Part shown: positions 12,518 to 24,865 of the stretch, in pieces
Numbering within the stretch: position 1 is the first letter of the stretch
How the letters are laid out: every line of letters begins with the position of its first letter
Source of the DNA: an uncultured Chloroflexia bacterium
GTDB taxonomy: Bacteria; Chloroflexota; Limnocylindria; Limnocylindrales; CSP1-4
Length of the DNA stretch: 64,000 bases
Reading direction: 5' to 3'
Assembly: GCA_963828165.1 (NCBI GenBank)
Contig: CAWHDR010000001.1
Coordinates: forward strand, 2,688,001 to 2,752,000
Made by a program: the position numbers and the translations under genes
The notes under the pieces: model-generated
Told to the model about the DNA's origin: nothing
Databases searched by the model: none
What the model saw: the letters and a program-made list of their open reading frames with translations, nothing else

Positions 12518-13686
12518 CCACCGCGTACCGCTTGTACGGCCGCTCGCGCGGCCGTACGACGCTCGTTTCGCTCCTCATGGCGCTGCTGGCTGCCGGTGGG
12601 CTCGTGCTCGCCGGACCAGCCGCCCCGGGCTGGGACAGGGCTGGCTCCGTCCTCGGCGCCGAGGTCTGTGGCAAGCGCTACGTGGCCGTCGGCGACCACG
12701 TACCTGCCGGCCACGAAGTCGAAGAGTCAGAGCGCTACCCGGAACAGCTCATCGAGAAGCACCTCGCCGCGTACGGCTATTGCGTCTTCAACAAGGCGGT
12801 CAACGAAACGACCTCCTCGACCCTCATCAGCGGTGGCCAGCTGGCTCAGTCCTGGAACCTTCGCCCGGATCTCATCACCCTGACCGTGGGCGGCGAGAAC
12901 AGCTCGATCGTCAACACGATCGACTCGTGCTTCGACAAGGTGAAGGACCACGACTTCCTCGGCGCGAACGTGTGCGCAGCGGCCGTCCTGGCCGATGTCG
13001 GGGCCTGGAACCAGCTCAAGAGCGATCTCACGACCACCCTCCAGCAATACCGGCTGACGATGGCCGGGCGCCCGAACCTCGTCGTAGCCGCAGTGGGATA
13101 CGCGAATCCCTATCCGACCGTGACGGATGCGGCCGTCGGCATCCCACTGCTGTGCATCCGGCTGATCGACACGATCGCGACGTGCACGATCCGGTGGGTC
13201 CAGCTTCTGCCCGCGCTCGCCATGCTCGATCGCGTGATCCTGCAGCTGAACGCCACGATGCAGGCTGCGGTCGCGCCGTTCCAGCGGGGACCTTCCGGCA
13301 ACCGATACGTGTTCGTGGACATCTACGAGAAGTTCCGCGACCACTGCATGAAGATGGACGTGGAGATCAAGACCACGGTCGAGCACCCGGAGCAGAGCGG
13401 CTCGGTGCACGACCACAACAGCGATCACGATTTCGGCTGCGACGATCCGTGGTTCGTGGAGGGGGATGACGGCACCGCGAACCCGCTCTACCTGATTCCG
13501 GCCGCACCGGGCGTCCTGGTCAAGCAAAGCCAGACCACCGAGGGCATGGGTGTCCATCCGAACGCCGATGGCCACGCGTGCATCGCCGACCTCATCTGGG
13601 AGGCCGACACGATCGACCCGGGGACGACGCCGCTGAAGTGGAAGCTCGGCGTCCCGGAGCGACCGAACAGCGACATCTGCTCCTAG
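12514..13686 (+). CDS. Secreted SGNH/GDSL-fold protein with non-canonical active site
   Basis: Blocks YVAVGDH, NKAVNETTS, TLTVGGEN, GVHPNADGH; signal peptide; GTGA overlap with upstream gene. Confidence 0.8.
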   Translation: MTTAYRLYGRSRGRTTLVSLLMALLAAGGLVLAGPAAPGWDRAGSVLGAEVCGKRYVAVGDHVPAGHEVEESERYPEQLIEKHLAAYGYCVFNKAVNETTSSTLISGGQLAQSWNLRPDLITLTVGGENSSIVNTIDSCFDKVKDHDFLGANVCAAAVLADVGAWNQLKSDLTTTLQQYRLTMAGRPNLVVAAVGYANPYPTVTDAAVGIPLLCIRLIDTIATCTIRWVQLLPALAMLDRVILQLNATMQAAVAPFQRGPSGNRYVFVDIYEKFRDHCMKMDVEIKTTVEHPEQSGSVHDHNSDHDFGCDDPWFVEGDDGTANPLYLIPAAPGVLVKQSQTTEGMGVHPNADGHACIADLIWEADTIDPGTTPLKWKLGVPERPNSDICS

Positions 13687-13707
13687 CGTTCACACGAGAA
13701 CCTGACA

Positions 13708-13721
13708 CGAACACCTGTTCG
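13708..13721. promoter_or_regulatory. LexA (SOS) box upstream of uvrA
   Basis: CGAAC-ACCT-GTTCG, 17 nt before -10 TAGACT (13739-13744). Confidence 0.85.
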
Positions 13722-13750
13722 AAATGAGTCGCATCCGGTAGACTCCGTTC

Positions 13751-16829
<3,079 letters not shown>

Positions 16830-16868
16830 GGCCGCCTCGGGCCGTCATCGGGGGGCTAGCATAGGGGC

Positions 16869-17315
16869 GTGCCAGACATCGACTTTGCGTTCCTCGCCGA
16901 CGCGGCGGAGACCGTCCCGGGCCAGAAGTTCCACGTCCTCGGCGGCGGGATCGCCCGGATCGGCGGGCGGCGCTTCCCGCTGCGCCATCCGCATCTCGCG
17001 CTGGTCATCGGGCTGGCGATCACCGCCCCCGAGACCGAGCGCGAACACGAGATCCGCTTCGTGCTGCTCGATCCCGACGGCGGCGAGGTGGCCGGCGCGA
17101 CCGGCAGCCTCGTGGCGCGCAGCCAGCGCGACGGCCGGGACGCGACGCTGACCTTCTCGATCGACCTGTGGAACCTGACGTTCCCGTCGCCCGGCGACTA
17201 CTCGTTCCGCCTCCTCGTCAACGGATCGGAGCGCAAGCGGTTGCCTCTGCTGCTCATCAAGCCATCCGATGGAACCGGGCCCGACGGCGCCGCGGCCACA
17301 CCGCAGGATGGCTGA
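16869..17315 (+). CDS. Conserved hypothetical beta-sandwich protein (DUF6941-like)
   Basis: FAFLADAA...KFHVLGGG...LTFPSPGDYSFRLLVNG; TAGCAT 6 nt before GTG. Confidence 0.7.
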   Translation: MPDIDFAFLADAAETVPGQKFHVLGGGIARIGGRRFPLRHPHLALVIGLAITAPETEREHEIRFVLLDPDGGEVAGATGSLVARSQRDGRDATLTFSIDLWNLTFPSPGDYSFRLLVNGSERKRLPLLLIKPSDGTGPDGAAATPQDG

Positions 17316-17634
17316 CCCGGCCCGGACCGTCGTCCCGGCACGCCACCAGTACCCGGTCATCGACGAGCTGGGCCTGGCGGCGGCCCGGCATGCGGATCGC
17401 CTGCTCGCCGCCGCGCGGGAGCGGGGTCACGCACGCTGGACCGCGTATCTCGAGCCGCTGCCGGACCGCCTTCGCGACGACGACCTGCGCGGGCTGCGGG
17501 CCGCGGCCGTCCGCTCCCGGGCGGCGTACGGCCCGAAGGACTCCATCCGCGATGTGCTGCCCGCAGACCTGACCGAGCCCTTCCTGGAGGCGATCGATCG
17601 ACTGCTGCGCGAGATCAACCGGTCGAGGAGCTGA
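17308..17634 (+). CDS. Hypothetical helical protein
   Basis: ATG overlaps upstream gene end; typical codon usage; 3' end overlaps convergent helicase by 20 nt. Confidence 0.6.
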   Translation: MADPARTVVPARHQYPVIDELGLAAARHADRLLAAARERGHARWTAYLEPLPDRLRDDDLRGLRAAAVRSRAAYGPKDSIRDVLPADLTEPFLEAIDRLLREINRSRS

Positions 17635-19270
17635 GCGCGGGGATCCGCCCATCGTCGTCGAGGCCGAGCTCGTCGCGGCTGAACGCTTCGAGGAGGAAGG
17701 GGGACGGGACGGCCGGGTCATAACTCAGCGTGAGGGTGCGTCGAGCGCGAGTCCACGCGACGTACCCGAGGCGTCGTTCCTCCTCGAGGGCACGATCGGG
17801 TTCGTCGGACTCCGCGACGGCGCGTCCGCTCGGGAACCGGCCGATCTCCATGCCGACGACCGCGACGTGGTCGAACTCGGCACCCTTGGTCGAGTGGGCG
17901 GTGGCGAGGCTGAGGAGGGCGTCATCACGCCGTAGCCCTGCCAGTCGCGCGCGCATCACCGCGATCGCGGCGACGAGTGCGGGGAGGTCGTGGTAGGGCG
18001 GGCCCCAGGCCAGGAGCGCCGTGGCAAGATCCCGTTCCGCCTCGGTTCCGTGGCGTTCCGCGAGCCGCCGGAGTGCCCCGAGTCGCACCAGCAGCGGTTG
18101 CCTGGCGTCCGTTTCCGTGGCCGCGCGCGCCAGCAGTCCGTCGAGCGCTGGGTCGTCGACGAGGAGGTCGACCGATGGCGCTCGGAACGGCTCGTCGAGG
18201 GCCAGGGCCGCGAGGACGGCCGGCCGCAACTCCCGGTTCGTGCGGGCCAGGACGGCACGCGTCCCGCCGTCGTCAGGCCACGAACGGAGGAGGCGCTCGG
18301 TGCGTGCCGGCTCGTCGGTGGGGTCCGGGGCCAGGATCAGCGAGCCCAGGGCATCGGGTCGCGGGCGAACGAGCTTCGCGAAGCGTTCCCGGTTGTGCTC
18401 GATCAGGCGGACGGCTCGCTCCACGACCGGCACGGGGCATCGGTGGTTCACCTGCAGGTCGACGCGGCGGAGGCCGGGAAGCGCCGCACCGAGTGCGAGA
18501 ACGCGTCGTACGTCGGCCAGGCGCCAGCCGTAGATCGACTGGTCGTCGTCGCCCACGAGGAAGATCCGGTTCGCCGGTGCGGCCAGCAGCAGCGCGAGCC
18601 GCAGCTGCGAGCGGTCGACGTCCTGGACCTCGTCGACGAGCAGATGGGCGCAGCGATCGCGCCACCGGGCGAGCAGGACCGGATCGCCGTCGAGGGCGTC
18701 GAGCGCACGACGAACCAGGTCGTCGAAGTCCAGTCCACAACGGTCCGCGATCGCCGCTTCATAGGCAACGAAGGCCCGCGCGATCGGTCCGGCGTCGGGG
18801 TCGGCGGCGATCTCCGTCGCCGTCGCCGTGAGGTCGAGCTTGAGTCGGGAGAAGGCGGTGTCGAGTCGCCCGATCTCAGCCGCGGTGACGTCCGGCCAGA
18901 GTGCCCTGACGATCTCGGCCCGATCCACCAGCGGCTCCACGGCCACCCCGGCATCGCGCAGGATCTCGCGGCCCAGTGCGTGGAACGTGCGAACTCGCAC
19001 CGCTCGCGCCGACACGCCCAGGGGCGCCACCGCGGCATCCAGGCGCTCACCCAGCTCTTCGGCGGCCCGCTTGTTGAACGTGATCGCCGCGATCGACGAG
19101 GGTGCCGCGCCGCCATCGACGAGCCAGGCGATCCGTGCGACCAGCGTGGTGGTCTTGCCGGACCCCGCGGGCGCGACGCACAGCACGGGGCCAGGAGGCG
19201 CGATGGCGGCCGCCCGCTGGTCGGCGGTCAGGCGCGCGAGGCGCTCTTCGACGACGGCGGACATGGGCAT
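17615..19270 (-). CDS. Compact UvrD/Rep/PcrA-family SF1 DNA helicase
   Basis: APAGSGKT, AITFNKRAA, TFHALG, VDEVQD, VGDDDQSIYGWR, TAHSTKGAEF, EERRLGYVAWTRAR. Confidence 0.92.
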   Translation of the reverse strand: MPMSAVVEERLARLTADQRAAAIAPPGPVLCVAPAGSGKTTTLVARIAWLVDGGAAPSSIAAITFNKRAAEELGERLDAAVAPLGVSARAVRVRTFHALGREILRDAGVAVEPLVDRAEIVRALWPDVTAAEIGRLDTAFSRLKLDLTATATEIAADPDAGPIARAFVAYEAAIADRCGLDFDDLVRRALDALDGDPVLLARWRDRCAHLLVDEVQDVDRSQLRLALLLAAPANRIFLVGDDDQSIYGWRLADVRRVLALGAALPGLRRVDLQVNHRCPVPVVERAVRLIEHNRERFAKLVRPRPDALGSLILAPDPTDEPARTERLLRSWPDDGGTRAVLARTNRELRPAVLAALALDEPFRAPSVDLLVDDPALDGLLARAATETDARQPLLVRLGALRRLAERHGTEAERDLATALLAWGPPYHDLPALVAAIAVMRARLAGLRRDDALLSLATAHSTKGAEFDHVAVVGMEIGRFPSGRAVAESDEPDRALEEERRLGYVAWTRARRTLTLSYDPAVPSPFLLEAFSRDELGLDDDGRIPALSSSTG

Positions 19271-19490
19271 GGGACAAGCATGGCCGCCCTCGCTTATCCA
19301 GCCATCAACGGTGCGCTTGTGCACCGCTGAGGTGGGGTGAAGTGGCGTTTGGGCGTTAACAGATGGGTCACTGGCGGTTATCGTGGTCGACCTAGCCTTT
19401 GGCAGTGCGCCGCCCGGAGGAGGTCGGCCCACTCGCTTGCACAGCCGCCCCGTCCCACGGTCGTGCCCCCGTATCCCTGGAGGAGCATCG

Positions 19491-21203
19491 GTGATTCGTT
19501 CTCGTGTATCCCGCTTGGTCGCGCTGTCCAGCGCGGCGCTGATCATCCTGTCGATCACTGCGCCGGGCGTCGCCGCGAAACCGCCCGACGATGGCCCGGC
19601 CGCCAAGAGGGCCAAGACCACCACGGTCCAGATCCTCAGCCTCAACGACTTCCACGGTCAGCTCCGGCCGCCGGATTCCACGAGCTCGGGCGGCCGGATC
19701 GGTACCACGCCGGCGGGCGGCTCGGAGTATCTCGCGAGCTACGTCCGGGACCTCGAAGCGACGAACCCCAAGAACACGCTGTTCGTCTCGGCGGGTGACG
19801 TGATCGGTGCAACGCCCCTGGTCTCGGCGATCTTCCACGACGAGCCGACGATCGAAGCGATGAACCTGATGGGTCTCGACTACAACGGCGTCGGGAACCA
19901 CGAGTTCGACGAGGGCACGGCCGAGCTCACCCGGATGCAGGAAGGTGGCTGCCACCCGGTCGAAGGCTGCTTCGGTGGCGACGGCTTCGAAGGCGCGGAC
20001 TTCCAGTTCCTCGCGGCCAACGTCACCTACAAGGACACCGGCGAGACCATCTTCCCGCCGTACGCCATCCATGAGTTCCCCGGCGTCGATATCGCTGTCG
20101 TCGGCATGACCCTCGAGGGGACGCCCAACATCGTCACCGCTGCGGCGACGGCGAACATCGACTTCCACGACGAGGCCGATTCGGTCAACGCGCTGGTACC
20201 GGTCCTCAAGGCGCAGGGCATCGAGACGATCATCGTCCTGCTCCACGAGGGCGGCTCCGCGGGCTCCCTGAACGAGACGACCGTCAACCAGTGCAACAAC
20301 CCGACCGGTACCGCGATCACCGACGTCATCACGCGGATGGACCCGGAGATCGACTTGGTGGTCACCGGGCACACGAACTGGGCCTTGAACTGCCCGGACT
20401 TCGCCGGCACCGGGATCATGGTGACCGGCGCAGCATCGGTCGGCCGAGTGGTCACCGACACGGACCTCGTGATCAGTCGCGCGACCAAGGAGATCGTCAG
20501 CGCGACGATCAACAACGTCATCGTCCGGCGGGACGCCAAGCCGGCCGCCGCCGATCTCACGGCGCTGGTCGACAAGTACGGGACCATCGCCGCACCGACC
20601 GAGAATCGCGTCATCGGCAACGCGCCGTCGGCCCTGAGCCGGACCCAGAACGCTGCGGGCGAATCGTCGCTCGGAGACATCATCGCGGACGCCCAGCTAT
20701 GGGCGACGTCCGGACCGAGCTGGCCAGCGGCGAACGGAGCTCCGGCCGTCATCTCGTTCATGAACTCCGGCGGGATCCGAGCCGACATCAATGTCGGGCC
20801 GATCACCTACGGCGAGGCATTCAGCGTCCAGCCGTTCGCCAACGTCCTCGTGACGATGGACATGACCGGGGCGCAGATCGACGCCCTCCTCGAGCAGCAA
20901 TTCACTACCGGTAACGGGATCCTCCAGATTCCCGCATCGCTCACCTACGAGCGCCATCCGGCCACGGCCGCACCGGACCGGGCCCGGAACATCCGGATCA
21001 ACGGCGTCCCGATCGTCCCGGCCACGACCTATCGGGTCACCGTGAACAACTTCCTCGCCGACGGCCAGGATGGCTACTCGACCTTCACCGGCGGCACGAA
21101 CCGGTTCGTCGGCGAGATCGACCTCGACGCCTTCGCCCGCTACGTCGAGAGCCTCGGGACCGTCAATCCGGGTCCGCAGAACCGCATCACGCTGGTGCCG
21201 TAG
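19491..21203 (+). CDS. Secreted metallophosphoesterase / 5'-nucleotidase
   Basis: NDFHG, AGD, GNHEFD, LLHEG, GHT, NSGGIRAD, QPFAN; signal peptide; GGAGGAG SD. Confidence 0.93.
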   Translation: MIRSRVSRLVALSSAALIILSITAPGVAAKPPDDGPAAKRAKTTTVQILSLNDFHGQLRPPDSTSSGGRIGTTPAGGSEYLASYVRDLEATNPKNTLFVSAGDVIGATPLVSAIFHDEPTIEAMNLMGLDYNGVGNHEFDEGTAELTRMQEGGCHPVEGCFGGDGFEGADFQFLAANVTYKDTGETIFPPYAIHEFPGVDIAVVGMTLEGTPNIVTAAATANIDFHDEADSVNALVPVLKAQGIETIIVLLHEGGSAGSLNETTVNQCNNPTGTAITDVITRMDPEIDLVVTGHTNWALNCPDFAGTGIMVTGAASVGRVVTDTDLVISRATKEIVSATINNVIVRRDAKPAAADLTALVDKYGTIAAPTENRVIGNAPSALSRTQNAAGESSLGDIIADAQLWATSGPSWPAANGAPAVISFMNSGGIRADINVGPITYGEAFSVQPFANVLVTMDMTGAQIDALLEQQFTTGNGILQIPASLTYERHPATAAPDRARNIRINGVPIVPATTYRVTVNNFLADGQDGYSTFTGGTNRFVGEIDLDAFARYVESLGTVNPGPQNRITLVP

Positions 21204-21231
21204 CGGACCGGACCGCTCCCCGCCAGATCGT

Positions 21232-21258
21232 CGAACCCGGGCTTCCAGCCCGGGTTCG
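21232..21258 (+). terminator. Hairpin downstream of nucleotidase
   Basis: CGAACCCGGGCT-TCC-AGCCCGGGTTCG perfect 12-bp stem. Confidence 0.6.
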
Positions 21259-21416
21259 GTGATTCCACGCACCGAATCGGTACCGATGGGGGGCGCGACG
21301 GCGCAACGAACCGCCCTATCCGCCTATTGGGCTCCTACGCCGGGTGGATGACGATTCGCCTGCGCCAGGCCCGACGGCGCGTCGATCGGGCCCGGCGATA
21401 ACGGGGAGTCCTCGTC

Positions 21417-22925
21417 ATAAATCACCGACCGCTCCGCAGGGCGATCGCGTTGTCGCTGGGGGCCCTGCTGACCCTCGCCGGCACAGCATCGGCCGATCGC
21501 CTGTTCGCCGACGGCGATGTCCTGACCCCGACGATCGAAGGCACCAGGCACCTGGGCGACGTCGCTCCGGGCGCCGAGGTGTCCGTGGACATCGGCTTCG
21601 TCCTGACCTGTGTCGGCATCGCTCATGTCGATGACGGCCAGAGCGTGGTCCTGAGCGCGAACGGCGGGACCCAGCCCGGTGACGGCCTGATCGTCTCGGC
21701 CTCGACGGCCGTTCTCGATCCCGCACCCAGCGAATGGGCGGATGATGGAGGGGGTTGTCCCGATCCCGTGCCGTCGCTGCCTGGCGGGGCCTTCAGCCAC
21801 GTCACGCTCCGAGCGCCCACGGCGCCTGGGAACGGATATACGTTCACGGTCGCGTGGGCCCGTTCCTTCCAGCCGAGCGGCAATGGCGATAGCACCGCCC
21901 TCGGCCCGTCGATGACCTCGATCAACCTGACGATGAACGTCGTCGGCAACATCGCCCCTCGGCTGATCCTTCCCGCGAGCTTCAGCGTCGAGGGCGACAC
22001 GGCAAACGGCTGGACCGCCGATTGGCCCGATGTCCTGGCGACCGATTCCGAGGACGCCCCCGACCCCATCCCGACCTGCGCGCCCGCGGCCGGGAGCACG
22101 CTGCCCCTCGGGACGACGGCCGTGTCCTGTTCCGTCACGGATAGCGGAGGGCTCACCGCGACGGGTGGCTTCAACGTCACCGTGGTCGACACGACCGACC
22201 CCGCGCTCGCGGGCGTCCCGGCCGACTCCGAGGTCATCACCACGGACCCCACCGGCACGACACTCGCCTATGCCGCGCCGACGGCGACCGACGTCGTCGA
22301 CCCGTCACCCGACGTGACGTGCACGCCGGCGAGTGGTTCGCACGTCGGAATCGGCACGACGACCGTCACGTGCACTGCGACGGACGCGAGCGGGAACAGC
22401 GTCTCGGAGTCGTTCGACATGAGCGTGACGTTCCGGGCACCGCATAGCGCCAGCGCCACGTGGCAGGACCCCATCGACGTGTCGGAGAACACGTTCTCGA
22501 CGAACCACGGACGAACGCTGCCGATCAAGGTGCGGCTATTCGTGGACGGCGTGGAGGTGAAGGCAGGCTCCGCGTCGCTCACCGTCACGCCGTGCAGTGG
22601 CGGAACGGGTCTCGGCCTCCCGCTGACCACCGGCGGAGGCCGCTGGAACGCGTCGCTCGACACGTCGCGGCTGGTCGGTTCCTGCCACACGGTCACGGCT
22701 TGGGTGCAGGGTCTCGGGGCCGGAGGCTTCCGGCTCGAGTTGCGCGGCGCCGAGCCGGCCAAGGCCAACAAGGCGCCGGCGACGCCGACGAGCAGCACGA
22801 CGCGGGCGTCCTCGAGCGACACCAAGCCCGGCAAGGCCACCGAAGCGAAGACCGCGAAGCCCGACACGGCGAAGGTCGACGAGACCAGGGACCAGAAGGC
22901 GGACAAGGCCGGCGGAAAGAAGTGA
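21417..22925 (+). CDS. Secreted HYR-domain protein with PxKF-like C-terminal domain and Lys-rich tail
   Basis: Two HYR-like repeats (PLGTTAVSCSVTDSGG; GIGTTTVTCTATDASGN), GRTLPIKVRL; start either ATA 21417 or TTG 21450. Confidence 0.8.
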   Translation: MNHRPLRRAIALSLGALLTLAGTASADRLFADGDVLTPTIEGTRHLGDVAPGAEVSVDIGFVLTCVGIAHVDDGQSVVLSANGGTQPGDGLIVSASTAVLDPAPSEWADDGGGCPDPVPSLPGGAFSHVTLRAPTAPGNGYTFTVAWARSFQPSGNGDSTALGPSMTSINLTMNVVGNIAPRLILPASFSVEGDTANGWTADWPDVLATDSEDAPDPIPTCAPAAGSTLPLGTTAVSCSVTDSGGLTATGGFNVTVVDTTDPALAGVPADSEVITTDPTGTTLAYAAPTATDVVDPSPDVTCTPASGSHVGIGTTTVTCTATDASGNSVSESFDMSVTFRAPHSASATWQDPIDVSENTFSTNHGRTLPIKVRLFVDGVEVKAGSASLTVTPCSGGTGLGLPLTTGGGRWNASLDTSRLVGSCHTVTAWVQGLGAGGFRLELRGAEPAKANKAPATPTSSTTRASSSDTKPGKATEAKTAKPDTAKVDETRDQKADKAGGKK

Positions 22926-22961
22926 CCGCGCCCCCTCGCTACTTGTCCTAGCATCGGGGGC

Positions 22962-24815
22962 GTGACCCCCGAGCTCGAAGCCACCCTCAAGCGCCTTCCG
23001 GACCGCCCCGGTGTCTACCTCATGCGGGACGCCCGGGGCGACGTCCTGTATGTCGGCAAGGCCCAGAGCCTGCGCAGCCGCGTGCGGAGCTACTGGCAGA
23101 AGCAGGCGCCCGGCGGCGAGATCCACCGCATCCGCAGCGTCATCGACCGGGTGGCGGACGTCGAGGTCACCGAGGTCGACAGCGTGTCCGAGGCGCTGCT
23201 CCTCGAGGCGAACCTCATCAAGCGGTTCAAGCCGCGTTTCAACGTACGGCTCAAGGATGACAAGAGCTACCCGTACATCAAGGTCACGCTGGGCGACGAC
23301 TTCCCGCGCGTCGAGCGGACCCGCAAGCTCGTGAACGACGGCAGCCGCTACTTCGGTCCCTACGCCTCGGCGTCGAGCGTCGACGAATCGATGACGCTCG
23401 TGCGGCGGCTCTTCCCGTTCCGGACGTGCACGATCGACATCAAGGACGGCGAGCGGGCCCTCCAGCGGCCCTGCCTGCTGTACCACATCAAGCGCTGCCA
23501 GGGACCGTGCATCGAGGCGATCTCCAAGGACGATTACCGCGCCGACATCGAGCAGGTCGAGCTCTTCCTCGAAGGCCGCCAGGAGACACTGGTCAAGGCG
23601 CTCCAGACCGAGATGGCGGTCGCGTCCCAGAAGCAGGACTACGAGCGCGCGGCCCAGCACCGCGACAAGATCCGGGCGATCGAACGCACGATGGAGAGCC
23701 AGAAGATGGCGGCGTTCGCGCGCACGGAGCTCGACATGGTCGGGATGGCGCGCCAGGACAACCAGGCGGCGATGACCCTGTTCGTGATCCGCGACGGGAA
23801 GATGATCGGACGGGACGTGTACCTGCTCGACGCGGTCCGTGAGGCGTCCGACGACGAGGTCCTCGCGAGCTTCCTCGAGCAGTACTACGCCCGGGCCACC
23901 TCGATCCCGCGCGAGGTCTACGTGCCGGCCGGGGTAGGGGAGGGCATGGCCGACCTCGAGCACTTCCTCGCCGAGAAGCGTGGCGGTCCGGTCTACCTGC
24001 GCGTTCCCCGACGCGGCGAGAAGCGGGCGCTCATGGGTCTGGCCGCGCGGAACGCGGCGGACACGCTGGCCCGCGAGCACGCCCGCTGGCTGGCCGACCA
24101 CGGCAAGACGCTCGCCGCCCTGGAGCAGCTCGCCGATGCCCTGGGTCTGCCCGGTCCGCCCCTGCGCATCGAGTGCTACGACATCTCGAACTTCCAGGGC
24201 GCGGAGTCCGTCGGGAGCATGGTCGTGTTCGAGGACGGCAAACCGCGCAGCGGCGAGTACCGCCGCTTCCGGATCAAGACCGTGCAGGGTCCGAACGACT
24301 TCGCCAGCCACCAGGAGGTCCTGCGCCGCCGTTTCCGGGTCACGCGATCCGGCGAGGAAGGCAGCGAGGAGGAGCGCCGCTGGGCGATGCCCGACCTCGT
24401 GATCGTTGACGGTGGCAAGGGCCAGGTCAGCGCCGCCAAGGCCGTCCTGGACGAGGTGGGCCTTCACGACCTGCCGCTCGCCGGGCTCGCCAAGGAGCGC
24501 GAGGAGCTGTTCCTGCCCGACCGCGCAGACCCGATCGTGCTGCCGTCGACGTCGTCGGCGCTCTACCTCGTCCAGCGCCTCCGTGACGAGGCGCACCGGT
24601 TCGCCATCACCTATCACCGCACCTTGCGCGACCGACGCACGGTCCGCTCGGCGTTCGACGACCTGCCGGGGGTCGGACCGAAGCGCAAGCGCGAGCTCCT
24701 GAAGGTGTTCGGCTCGATCAAGCGGGTGCGCGACGCGCCCGTCGAACAGATCGCGTCGGTGCCGGGCATCAGTCGCGCGCTGGCCGAGCGCATCAAGGCG
24801 ACCCTGGAGGCATAG
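22962..24815 (+). CDS. uvrC: Excinuclease ABC subunit C
   Basis: PGVYLM...YVGKA, ALLLEANLIK, RIECYDISN, DGGKGQ, RDEAHRFA, HhH. Confidence 0.98.
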   Translation: MTPELEATLKRLPDRPGVYLMRDARGDVLYVGKAQSLRSRVRSYWQKQAPGGEIHRIRSVIDRVADVEVTEVDSVSEALLLEANLIKRFKPRFNVRLKDDKSYPYIKVTLGDDFPRVERTRKLVNDGSRYFGPYASASSVDESMTLVRRLFPFRTCTIDIKDGERALQRPCLLYHIKRCQGPCIEAISKDDYRADIEQVELFLEGRQETLVKALQTEMAVASQKQDYERAAQHRDKIRAIERTMESQKMAAFARTELDMVGMARQDNQAAMTLFVIRDGKMIGRDVYLLDAVREASDDEVLASFLEQYYARATSIPREVYVPAGVGEGMADLEHFLAEKRGGPVYLRVPRRGEKRALMGLAARNAADTLAREHARWLADHGKTLAALEQLADALGLPGPPLRIECYDISNFQGAESVGSMVVFEDGKPRSGEYRRFRIKTVQGPNDFASHQEVLRRRFRVTRSGEEGSEEERRWAMPDLVIVDGGKGQVSAAKAVLDEVGLHDLPLAGLAKEREELFLPDRADPIVLPSTSSALYLVQRLRDEAHRFAITYHRTLRDRRTVRSAFDDLPGVGPKRKRELLKVFGSIKRVRDAPVEQIASVPGISRALAERIKATLEA

Positions 24816-24865
24816 CCGACCGTCCTCAGGCGTTCGGGGGGCGCAGCGTGTACCATCCCGCCGGT

